The notes under the pieces were generated by a model. That model was not told where the DNA came from, did no database searches, and saw nothing but the letters and a program-made list of their open reading frames with translations. Below are positions 1 to 8,031 of a stretch of DNA of 13,779 bases, piece by piece. The stretch spans positions 1-13,779 of the forward strand of contig CAZGJX010000103.1 in NCBI GenBank assembly GCA_964525635.1, given 5' to 3'. Position 1 is the first letter of the stretch. Each line of letters opens with the position of its first letter. The position numbers and the translations under genes were made by a program. Source of the DNA: an uncultured archaeon (lineage in GTDB: Archaea > Asgardarchaeota > Lokiarchaeia > Sigyniarchaeales > SOKP01).

Positions 1-1531
1 GTGTTGTATCATCTAAATCAACTGTTTGAGCACCGCTTGCCGTACTAAATTCCGCTGAAGACTCTTTTACTAATTTAAATGCCGCTAAATTGTCAGTTTG
101 TGGACCACCAGTGAATATTGCATAGACAAACTTATCAGATTCCATTGTAACAGTTGCAGGATTTTGACTTCCGCTGATATCACCTTCCCAATGATCAAAT
201 GTCCAACCAGCAGACGGTATTGCTTGTACAGTTGCAATTTCTCCACTTAAATAGCCACTTGAAGATGGAGATACGCTACCTAGCCCAGATATTGCTGTAG
301 TTAAATAATAATCTGGACCCCCAGTGAATACTGCAGTGATAGATTTATCAGAATTCATTGTAATAGTCGTAGGATTTGCACTCCCGCTGATATCACCTTC
401 CCAATGATCAAATGTCCAATATTTATCAGCCGTTGCTTGTATAGTTGCAATTTCTCCACTTTGATAGCCACCTGAACGTGTTACGCTACCTCCCCCAATT
501 GTTGATGTAAGTAAATAATAATCGTATGTTTTTCCTCCAGGCCAATTTTCAAATTTGCCTTTCAAATAATTTCCCCAAGAAGTTAATGGCCCCATAAACA
601 CATTAGGTGCAAATATTGACCAAACCTCATCTTTATGATGTACTGACCATGCACACATACTAATACCCATGTCTTGACATGCATTTATCATTTCATTGGT
701 GCTTGTAGTTTGATCGCCATTTCCTCCAAATTCTGTTACCCATACTGCACTACCTGCATCCATAGCCGCCCCAACATTATTATAAAAATTCTGTAAATGA
801 CCTCCATAGGTATCGGGGTACCCATGGAAAGTGTATGCTGCATTAGAGTCTGTTATTGTATAAGATTCAGGATGTTGTGACCATTCGTGTGATCCACATA
901 AAATTAAGTTGTCAGGATCATATCGTCTAATTTCATTAGCAACATTTTGACAAAATCGTTGAATTTCCGTAGTTGATTGTGACGTTGGCTCATTATATAA
1001 TTCATATATAACATTTGGTGTATTACCATATTTTTGGGCCATATCTCCGAAAAATGATCTCGCATAATTCTCGTATGGAAGGAGATTTCCTTCACCATGA
1101 AAATCAATAATTACATAGATACCTCGATCTATTGCTGCTTCAACAACAGTTTCTATTTCTTCTACTGTATCTGATGGACCTACATCTTCCACCACTCCAT
1201 ATGCGGCTCTAACGACTGAAACCTTCATGATATCGACTAAATAATCAATAACATCGGCGGTATAATAATCTGGTGCCCACTGACTCCAGAAAAAGCTCAT
1301 TCCACCAAGAGAAATTTGCTCTCCAGTTTCTGAGCATACATTAGAACCGTAAACTTGTAATCTACCGTATTTATCAACAATTTTTTCAGCTCCATATTTA
1401 AGTTCCGTTTCAATTGAATTATAATTATTCGGTATATTGATAAATGGTAAAGTAGCACTAAATATTAATCCCCAGAATAAAACTATAAAAAGTGTTAGTC
1501 TTTTAAATCTATTATTTATAATTTTCAACAT
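1..1531 (-). CDS. Secreted modular glycoside hydrolase family 5 (GH5_2-like endoglucanase) with two InlB-B-like repeats and the probable start of an F5/8 type C (CBM32) domain; 3' end runs off the window
   Basis: Manual translation from ATG 1531: MLKIINNRFKRLTLFIVLFWGLIFSATLPF (signal/anchor), then YGRLQVYGS..GMSFFWSQW..VVRAAYGV..AAIDRGIYVIIDFH..PNVIYELYNEP (acid/base Glu, NEP at 986-994)..YTFHGY..VWVTEFG (nucleophile Glu, 731-733)..ISMCAWS. Two ~70-aa repeats follow, then DNLAAFKLVKESSAE..VDLDDTT. The frame stays open to the window edge. An SD-like AAAAAAGGT lies upstream. Confidence 0.93.
   Translation of the reverse strand, partial: MLKIINNRFKRLTLFIVLFWGLIFSATLPFINIPNNYNSIETELKYGAEKIVDKYGRLQVYGSNVCSETGEQISLGGMSFFWSQWAPDYYTADVIDYLVDIMKVSVVRAAYGVVEDVGPSDTVEEIETVVEAAIDRGIYVIIDFHGEGNLLPYENYARSFFGDMAQKYGNTPNVIYELYNEPTSQSTTEIQRFCQNVANEIRRYDPDNLILCGSHEWSQHPESYTITDSNAAYTFHGYPDTYGGHLQNFYNNVGAAMDAGSAVWVTEFGGNGDQTTSTNEMINACQDMGISMCAWSVHHKDEVWSIFAPNVFMGPLTSWGNYLKGKFENWPGGKTYDYYLLTSTIGGGSVTRSGGYQSGEIATIQATADKYWTFDHWEGDISGSANPTTITMNSDKSITAVFTGGPDYYLTTAISGLGSVSPSSSGYLSGEIATVQAIPSAGWTFDHWEGDISGSQNPATVTMESDKFVYAIFTGGPQTDNLAAFKLVKESSAEFSTASGAQTVDLDDTT
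101..523 (-). repeat. Two tandem intragenic repeats (210 and 213 bp) encoding divergent InlB B-repeat (Flg_new-like) domains
   Basis: Units are 314-523 (DYYLLTSTIGGGSV..WTFDHWEGDISGSANPTTITMNSDKSITAVFTGGP) and 101-313 (DYYLTTAISGLGSV..WTFDHWEGDISGSQNPATVTMESDKFVYAIFTGGP). An identical 36-nt stretch occurs at 171-206 and 384-419. Confidence 0.85.
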
Positions 1532-1638
1532 TTTATTTACCTTTTTTACAGAAATATTTACTCTTGAATATAAAAAAAGTATAGATTATTTCATATAACT
1601 ACTATATGAAATTACTATGACATTATCATTCAGAATCG

Positions 1639-1654
1639 TATTTAAATTTTCCTT
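1639..1654 (-). promoter_or_regulatory. Candidate archaeal BRE/TATA promoter for the GH5 gene
   Basis: The minus strand reads AAGGAAAA-TTTAAATA about 108 bp upstream of ATG 1531. The AT-rich background limits specificity. Confidence 0.35.
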
Positions 1655-2047
1655 TATTTCATGGGAGAAAAGGGAAATTATAAATAATACTACATAGAAA
1701 TATCAAGGATATTGAAAAATAACAAGGAAGTCCACAGCACCAAGATTTATTATAATCTGCAAATATATGAATAATAGGTTGATCTGAATATATTTTTTTT
1801 TTATTAATATAATTTTTCATTTCTTCTGAAACATAGTACTCTTGAAGTTTCTTATAGACGTTATTAAATCCCTCTTATAATATTTAAAATAAATTAATTA
1901 AATTTTATTTTCCTTCGATTATATCTCGAAATTATAAATCAAATGACCTTATATTTTTATATATTAATGTAAGAATTAAAGAATGTTAACAATTTCTTTT
2001 TTTATAATTTTAATCTTCTTAAAATTTAATAAAAGTGTGGATATCAC

Positions 2048-2122
2048 TTATAAAATCGAGTTTTGCAAAACAGTTATTTTGCACCCATTTTCCATTAAAA
2101 TTATCCTTTTTTCCATGGAAAA
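2048..2122 (+). repeat. Dispersed site copy 1 (type A right flank)
   Basis: TTATAAAATCGA-GTTTTGCAAAA-CAGTTA(2071-2076)-TTTTGCACCCA-TTTTCCATTAAAATTATCCTT-TTTTCCATGGAAAA(2109-2122). Confidence 0.92.
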
Positions 2123-2197
2123 TAATTTCTTAATATAATCATATAAAAAAAGATATCAATATTTCTAATTAATTAGTCTTTATTTTTAAAAATCTAA

Positions 2198-2617
2198 TCA
2201 AAAAGATATCAATTCAAGTTCTTCAAATCTTTTGAAATGTTTTTGATTGTTGGTAACTAGCTTTTTATAATCATTAGAAATGATAATTGCTGCAATAAGA
2301 CAGTCAAAAATATCTATTTCTTGTCCTTTTCCTCTTAATTTCATATATAATTTAGCCCCTAAAATAGCACTTTTCAAATCAAGAGAAAAACAATTTAATT
2401 CCTTAATCAACTGCTCCAAATCAAATGATAACTCGTTAAATTTACTTTTTGAAAGTTCCTTTTTTATATATTTAAGTTTATAAAGCCCATAATATAATTC
2501 AACAATTGAAGGAGATGTTATCCCAATTTTATCAGAACTTAATTTGGTAATTAAATCATCTAAAGTATTATTACCATTTAAAATCTCTATTGCAATATTT
2601 GTATCAATAAAAATCAT
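2198..2617 (-). CDS. vapC: VapC-family PIN-domain toxin
   Basis: 139 aa with PIN acidic motifs IFIDTN, SIVELYYG, DIFDCLIAA and LVTNNQKHF. It starts 1 bp downstream of the antitoxin stop. Confidence 0.93.
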   Translation of the reverse strand: MIFIDTNIAIEILNGNNTLDDLITKLSSDKIGITSPSIVELYYGLYKLKYIKKELSKSKFNELSFDLEQLIKELNCFSLDLKSAILGAKLYMKLRGKGQEIDIFDCLIAAIIISNDYKKLVTNNQKHFKRFEELELISF

Positions 2618-2618
2618 T

Positions 2619-2855
2619 TTAATGAAATCTCTTGCTTATATCATTACGAAGTTCTTTATGAGCAACTCCCATTATTTCAACATAATCCTTAGGTAAATCT
2701 TTCCAACGTCCAAAAAACGGTCTTAAATTACTCTTTTCTTTTTCCTCGTAACCTAATAATTTATCTATTAAATCAGATATAGTTTCATCTTTTTTTTTTT
2801 TCTTTAATAATCTTTTGTAAGTATCTTCATCAATATCTATTGTTTTTGATGTCAT
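2619..2855 (-). CDS. vapB: VapB antitoxin (DUF217-type)
   Basis: The likely start is ATG 2855 rather than 2933. MTSKTIDIDEDTYKRLLKKKKKDETISDLIDKLL matches the KTI.I.ED.Y..L...K...ESFSD.I..LL pattern, and the C-terminus has LRPFFGRW. It is coupled to vapC. Confidence 0.88.
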   Translation of the reverse strand: MTSKTIDIDEDTYKRLLKKKKKDETISDLIDKLLGYEEKEKSNLRPFFGRWKDLPKDYVEIMGVAHKELRNDISKRFH

Positions 2856-3179
2856 GATTATTTTCTCTAATTTATCTATAGAAAAATAAACAATACTAAT
2901 ATTAATAATTAAGTATATGTTGTTTTTTGTCAATTTAGAATAATACAGATTTTTCTATTATTCTTAAAACTCATTTTTGAATAATATAATGAACATCCAC
3001 TCAAATATCGTATGTATTTTAAGAATAATTATATTCAAGGATCTTAAAAATATATCTTGAAATTAAGAATCATTTGACTTTATATCATTTATATCTATAA
3101 TGCAAAAATATGATTATATTAATAATTATATCTATTATGTTTTAAACTTCTTATAATTTAATATGAGAAAGGATATTGC

Positions 3180-3298
3180 TTAGGAAATCGCATTTAGCAA
3201 AACAGTTATTTTACGACTAAAATTGATAGTAATAATAAAGTAATAGCCCAATTTTACTTTGATTTTCCATTAAGATTATCATTTTTTCCATGGAAAAA
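3180..3298 (+). repeat. Dispersed site copy 2 (type B right flank, then the shared TTTTCCAT tail)
   Basis: TTAGGAAATCGCATTTAGCAAAA-CAGTTA(3203-3208)-TTTTACGACTAAAATTG..; the tail ATTTTCCATTAAGATTATCATTTTTTCCATGGAAAAA sits 43 bp further from the core than in type A copies. Confidence 0.85.
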
Positions 3299-3349
3299 GA
3301 TTTTTTCTTAATCTAAATATCACTAATTCATTAGATAAAGGTTTAATAA

Positions 3350-3858
3350 TACTTTCCGAACACTGGAAAGCGAGGACGTCCAAAAAAACCCATCAAGGAG
3401 ATCCCTCCGTCACTTGTATATGCCCAAGTTCATAAACATCGGGAGCGGGGTAGAGTAAAAAAAGTTGATACTCATTGTATTTTTGGTACCGCAACTCAGG
3501 TAAAAGGACTTCTTTTAGACTCTCCTGTGAGTAATTCTGTTAATACTACGTTTCTTGAGCGAAATAACCTTACAATTCGGCAACAGAATGGTAGCTTTCA
3601 ACGTAAGACCTTACAATTTTCTAAGAAAAAAGAATTATTTTCGTCCCAATTACATCTTTTTTTTTTGGGTATTACCATTTCATTCGTTCCCATCACTCCT
3701 TACGGATAAAAAATAGCATGTTTTCTGAGAAATGGAAAAAACAGACACCATTTATGAGTGCTGGGATTACGGATCACATCTGGACCTTTCGGGAATTATA
3801 TTTTTATAAGAAATATTCTAAGAGAGGAGGTGAAACTTAACAATTATAGGACATTAAG
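3350..3858 (+). mobile_element. 3' remnant of an IS1-family element: frameshifted C-terminal transposase fragment plus right inverted repeat
   Basis: Translation reads FPNTGKRGRPKK..YAQVHKHRERGRVKKV..IFG..VNTTFLERNNLTIRQQNG..RKTLQFSKK, shifts frame in the T10 run at 3657-3666, then GYYHFIRSHHSL..QTPFMSAGITDHIWTFRELY, with stop at 3838-3840. The terminal AATTATAGGACATTAAG (3842-3858) matches 5828-5844. Confidence 0.85.
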
Positions 3859-4110
3859 GAAAGTTCATAATTTAATTATCATCTAAAATTAAAGCTTAAA
3901 TTTCAAATAATATAATTATTATGTATATATATATGAATTCACATAGTAAACTTTTTCTATAATTTATAATAGAATAGCTCCAGATAAAGATCTTATCCTT
4001 TAGTATTCTTTTTTTGATCTTTTATCAGATTAAATTAAATATCACATATTTCACGATCTTTATTCATGACATTTTTATAAAGTGAAAAATAAAAATGAAG
4101 ATAAAAAAAG

Positions 4111-4431
4111 TTAAGAAGTAGCTCTTTCAAGAGTTTTCTTCCAAGACGCATAATCTTGACCAGGTTTAAGTAATTTAAAAGATCTTCCTTCTTCATTACT
4201 TATTAATTTATAAAAATCACAAGCAATACATGTTAAAGCTTTCTTTGCATATGTACCTTGTTTTTCTCCTCCACAATATGTTCCAGCTATTGCCCAGCAG
4301 ATTCTACCTCCATTTCTTCCATGATTCACCCCATCACATGACATATCAATAGAAGCAGGACAAATTCCTAATTCAAAAACTTTTGAACCACCTGATTCTC
4401 TTCCACATTTTTTATATTCCCAACAATTCAT
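4111..4431 (-). CDS. Standalone Cys-rich two-CW domain protein (putative metal or Fe-S binding)
   Basis: 106 aa: NCWEYKKCGRE..GICPA..GVNHGRNGGRICWAIAGTYCGG..QGTYAKK..CIACDFY. Two CW motifs and a CxxC motif. Confidence 0.8.
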   Translation of the reverse strand: MNCWEYKKCGRESGGSKVFELGICPASIDMSCDGVNHGRNGGRICWAIAGTYCGGEKQGTYAKKALTCIACDFYKLISNEEGRSFKLLKPGQDYASWKKTLERATS

Positions 4432-4695
4432 AGAATTTTCTCTTTAACTTTATGGACAATATATCTATAGTCTAAATATCAATATTTATAGATAGATGCA
4501 ATAATTGATTCCAATCTCACATTAAATACATAAAATTTCAAATTGAGTCGTTTCATGATCTATATTCATGAAAAGGCTATGAAATAAAGAAAAATTCGGA
4601 AACTAAACCTCAAACTTTTATATCGAGTTCAAATTATTTTATGTACCTATTTAGTTTTTTGTTTAATGTAATATTAAAAAAGAGAAGTAAAATAT

Positions 4696-5400
4696 ATGCG
4701 GAAGATAAAAATATTTGCTTTGATATTGCTAATTTTAGTACCTAGTTCATTGATTTTTCAACCTGTGATAGCAGAAAAGATTGAAAATTCAGAAGTTGGT
4801 GTGAATTCTGATGATAAATTACTTTGGAAAATAACCCATCCTATTTCACCTATTTTACCTGAAGAATTAATAAGTCTTAATGTCACTCACATAAATAAGA
4901 TGAACAATAATCTTGTTCTTAATGCTTCTATTAGTGTATATAATGTAACAGGTCAATGGGAGACTGAATGTATCAATAAGGCAATATTAACTTATAATTA
5001 TTCAAGAAAATTCGTAGAATTTGAAAGACAATTAGAAATGACCCTCACACGAGGAAGAATTATGATATTAACGATTCCCATTCCCATTAATCTCACAATG
5101 ATTGGATTATATATAAATACTACTAGCACTGCTAAAGTTTGGTTAACTCATTTCGATATAGAGGGAAAAACATTGATAATGCATTATTTTGATGATTCTC
5201 AAGATTTAAAGATGACATTTAATGATAATGGAATTTTAGAAAAAGGAGATATAATTAGTAGTGGAATAGTGATTCACAGTACTCAGTTTAACATAGAATC
5301 AAAAGGATCGATTTCATTTAGTTTTTATTTTTTGATACCATTGATTATAGGAATTTCGTCTTTATTAGTTTGGAAGAGAGATAAAGTTAAATTACACTAG
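4696..5400 (+). CDS. Hypothetical exported protein with C-terminal membrane anchor
   Basis: N-terminal MRKIK plus a hydrophobic stretch ending VIA (signal peptide). Several N-x-S/T sequons (NVT, NAS, NYS, NLT, NTT). C-terminal SISFSFYFLIPLIIGISSLLVW followed by basic KRDKVK. Confidence 0.8.
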   Translation: MRKIKIFALILLILVPSSLIFQPVIAEKIENSEVGVNSDDKLLWKITHPISPILPEELISLNVTHINKMNNNLVLNASISVYNVTGQWETECINKAILTYNYSRKFVEFERQLEMTLTRGRIMILTIPIPINLTMIGLYINTTSTAKVWLTHFDIEGKTLIMHYFDDSQDLKMTFNDNGILEKGDIISSGIVIHSTQFNIESKGSISFSFYFLIPLIIGISSLLVWKRDKVKLH

Positions 5401-5484
5401 AAGAAATTAAACATAAAAAAGTTTATTTCATTGAATTAAAATTGTAAAATAAGAGATAGAATAGGATATTTATATTTTTAATTC

Positions 5485-5844
5485 TTTTTTTTTTCTTCAG
5501 ATAAATGAAATCCAAAAAAGGGAGTTTCTTTTCGTTCAGAAAAGGCTTTTTTTACATGTTTTACATACAAAAAGATTTTGAGATGATTTTATTCCATATT
5601 TACGTCTAAAGAAGATGTTGTCTTTCCCGATGATTCCATAGGATTCACAAGGTTCATTTGGACATACTAATTCTTTTGATTTTTCTTCCATTCGCGTTTT
5701 ATATTGCATTTTCTCCTCTTTTTGTTGGGATTCTCTTTCTTGTAAGAGTTGAGGTTCTATCATATTATCACCATAATATGAGAGGAGAAATGGTATTAAA
5801 AAAGAAAGTAATATGGAGGTATATAAGAATTATAGGACACTAAG
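5485..5844 (-). mobile_element. 5' remnant of an IS1-family element: left inverted repeat plus N-terminal zinc-finger region of the transposase, frameshifted and truncated
   Basis: The minus strand begins CTTAGTGTCCTATAATT (5844-5828). SD GGTGAT precedes ATG 5763. Translation reads ..LVCPNEPCESYG..YG..QNLFVCKTCKK, has an extra A in the run at 5547-5553, then AFSERKETPFFGFHLSEEK. Homology is lost near 5485. Confidence 0.8.
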
Positions 5845-5872
5845 CAATAATTAATGATGTGAGTTATATTGA

Positions 5873-5947
5873 TTATAAGAACGAGTTTTGCAAAACAGTT
5901 ATTTTGCACCCATTTTCCATTAAATTATTCAATTTTTCCATGGAAAA
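5873..5947 (+). repeat. Dispersed site copy 3 (type A)
   Basis: TTATAAGAACGA-GTTTTGCAAAA-CAGTTA(5896-5901)-TTTTGCACCCA-TTTTCCATTAAATTATTCAAT-TTTTCCATGGAAAA(5934-5947). Ungapped against copy 1. Confidence 0.92.
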
Positions 5948-6109
5948 AAAAGTTTTTCAAAATAATATATTTAATAGAATATTTTAATTGAAAAATAAAA
6001 GATGGAACATTCCTTTAGAGGATATGATATTCTCTTTTAGGATGAATTTATTTTCATTGGATAATTAGGTATCTTTAATGAAATTTCTATAAAATATTAC
6101 TTAAATTAA

Positions 6110-6745
6110 ATGAAAAATATTATGGAAAAAAAACAAAAAATAGCAATTATCTTACCATTAATTATTCTCACTACGATGCTTGGAGTTTTCCATGGATTAA
6201 GTTTTATTTTTAATAAAGCGATTCTTTTTGATAGAGAAATAGCATGGTATGTAGGGTTTTGGATATATTGGCCTATTTATTGTCTAATAATTCCATTTTT
6301 GTTACTAGGAAAGGATGATTTTAAATCAATATTTCAGAGGAAAAAACAAACAATTTCAACTTTAAGTTTAAATATTATTCCTTTTCTTATAACGATTATA
6401 GGAATGATATTCATATTGGACAACAAGGAGAAATCCCTTATGGAGATTTTTATTATTATAATCTATTCATTTGGAAATGGTTTTTTTGAAGAAATATTAT
6501 GGAGAGGTTTGTATGCTAAATTATTTGAAAAAAAGATCATTTTGGGATATCTTTGGCCTACTATATGGTTTTCTTTATGGCATATTGCCCCTGGAACTCT
6601 TTCTATAAACTTCATGGTGACATTATGTATTGGGGCATTAATTTATGGTGTTTGTTGGGGATGGAGTGCATATAAAACAAAAAGTATTATTTATAGTGGA
6701 TTGTCTCATACATCAACAGGTCTTGTTCAAATATTTTCTTTTTAA
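6110..6745 (+). CDS. CPBP-family (CAAX/Abi) intramembrane glutamic endopeptidase
   Basis: Multi-TM protein with the family motifs EEILWRG (EExxxR), FSLWH (FxxxH) and a C-terminal LSH. Confidence 0.9.
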   Translation: MKNIMEKKQKIAIILPLIILTTMLGVFHGLSFIFNKAILFDREIAWYVGFWIYWPIYCLIIPFLLLGKDDFKSIFQRKKQTISTLSLNIIPFLITIIGMIFILDNKEKSLMEIFIIIIYSFGNGFFEEILWRGLYAKLFEKKIILGYLWPTIWFSLWHIAPGTLSINFMVTLCIGALIYGVCWGWSAYKTKSIIYSGLSHTSTGLVQIFSF

Positions 6746-6764
6746 AATTTTAAATAAAAAAAAA

Positions 6765-7148
6765 ATGATTATAATGAACGACTTAAATCAAACTAAAGAC
6801 AATAAAAATAAAACCTTTAGTTATAAAAAATTGTTACGATGGTCTCGTTTAAAATGGTTAATTATAACTATTCCACCAATAATATTCCTTTTTCGAGCAA
6901 TCCAACTTTTCATCATAGGTGATCCAGGAACTATAATTCAGGTAATTGGAGTCACATGGGGATGGATTATATTAATATTTGAATTTTTATTTTCCATCAT
7001 TACATTAATTGGATGTCTTTTTTTATGGATAAAAGATTTAGAAATACAATACAGAAAATTAATAGTTCTCCTGATTTTAATCTTCTTTATACTTGCTTTC
7101 ACAATGCATATTTCTCGATTAATTAATTATTTAGGTTCCATTTATTAA
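6765..7148 (+). CDS. Hypothetical membrane protein with about 3 TM helices, probably co-transcribed with the CPBP gene
   Basis: The likely start is ATG 6765 or 6774, because the track start at 6645 overlaps the upstream gene. Three hydrophobic segments. Confidence 0.65.
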   Translation: MIIMNDLNQTKDNKNKTFSYKKLLRWSRLKWLIITIPPIIFLFRAIQLFIIGDPGTIIQVIGVTWGWIILIFEFLFSIITLIGCLFLWIKDLEIQYRKLIVLLILIFFILAFTMHISRLINYLGSIY

Positions 7149-7535
7149 ATTTGAAGGAGGTAATTTAATTAAACTTAGATTCAAGTATATTCTTTATTTT
7201 TCTTTTAATAAGATATTTTCTCTAAATTTAAGGTATAGAATTTGTTCCATGTTATATAAAAACTCCCTCTTCTTATCCCATCTGTATTTATTTTTTAAAT
7301 GAGAATATATGTGGGGAGATTTTTAAAATAAATATATTTCTTTTATAGATATAGTTATTAATCCTCTTTTTAGTGTAAAATGTTATTTTTAAAAATAAAT
7401 TTTTTATAAATCTTACAAATTGGAATCATTCATGGACATATTGATTAATTATGCTTTGAACAATCCATTATATTATTGAAAAAGCCCCTTATTTATCGTG
7501 ATCTCCTCAGATCCTATTAGAATAGAGCCCATAGT

Positions 7536-7610
7536 CTATAAAAGCGCGTTTTGCAAAACAGTTATTTCACGATTAAAATTGTAAATTATGATAAAATAAT
7601 AGTAAATTTT
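7536..7610 (+). repeat. Dispersed site copy 4 (type B right flank, no clear TTTTCCAT tail)
   Basis: CTATAAAAGCGC-GTTTTGCAAAA-CAGTTA(7559-7564)-TTTCACGATTAAAATTGTAAATTATGATAAAATAATAG. The right flank matches copy 2 at 30 of 38 positions without gaps. Confidence 0.85.
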
Positions 7611-7842
7611 CATACCTGAAACTCTAATATAAATAAATTTATATCTATTTGAATAATAATATGGAAAAATTAAAAAAACAATTTAGAGATGTTTTTTTTA
7701 TGAGATATTAAATAATTTCTTCCAATAATTGAGGTATGACTGTGATTATTGATTCTGTCGGCTTAGTTGAGGAAGAAAAGGATTTTTTTACCCTGAAGGT
7801 AAAAAAATAACATAGTGTATATTCGTGGTATATACTTTCCGC

Positions 7843-7861
7843 TCGATTCCCCCCGACTCCA
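7843..7861 (+). other. tRNA/tmRNA-like 3'-end fragment (T-loop, 3' T-stem, acceptor strand, discriminator); possible displaced att fragment
   Basis: TCGATT-CCCCC-CGACTCC-A parses as tRNA positions 55-73 with U70 and A73. The 5' T-stem and the 5' half are absent. Confidence 0.45.
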
Positions 7862-8031
7862 TTATGAATCTCTGAAAAGCTAGAGTACATATTAGAGGTT
7901 TTAATTCTTCACAACTATGATATTGTAATTAATGATTGAGATTTCTATAATTTCTCTAATATATTTTACCAATTTTAAAAATACCATTTAATAGAAATCA
8001 TATATAAATAAGCTTATATTAAAAAAATTGA

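Noticed and set aside
904-1107. 67-aa ORF from the track
   Set aside because: It is an alternate frame inside the GH5 gene.
2146-2213. Short duplication AAAAAGATATCAAT at and downstream of the vapC 3' end
   Set aside because: Only 14 bp in very AT-rich DNA, with no further structure.
2280-2483. 67-aa plus-strand ORF
   Set aside because: Antisense shadow of vapC.
3657-3666. Homopolymer frameshifts in the IS1 remnants as programmed frameshifting
   Set aside because: Both fragments are truncated and the shifts fall inside conserved domains. Slippage or read error is more likely.
5658-5843. 61-aa plus-strand ORF
   Set aside because: Antisense to the IS1 5' remnant.
7708-7890. 60-aa minus-strand ORF
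   Set aside because: No recognisable motif, and it overlaps hairpins and the tRNA-like end on the other strand. It cannot be supported as a gene.
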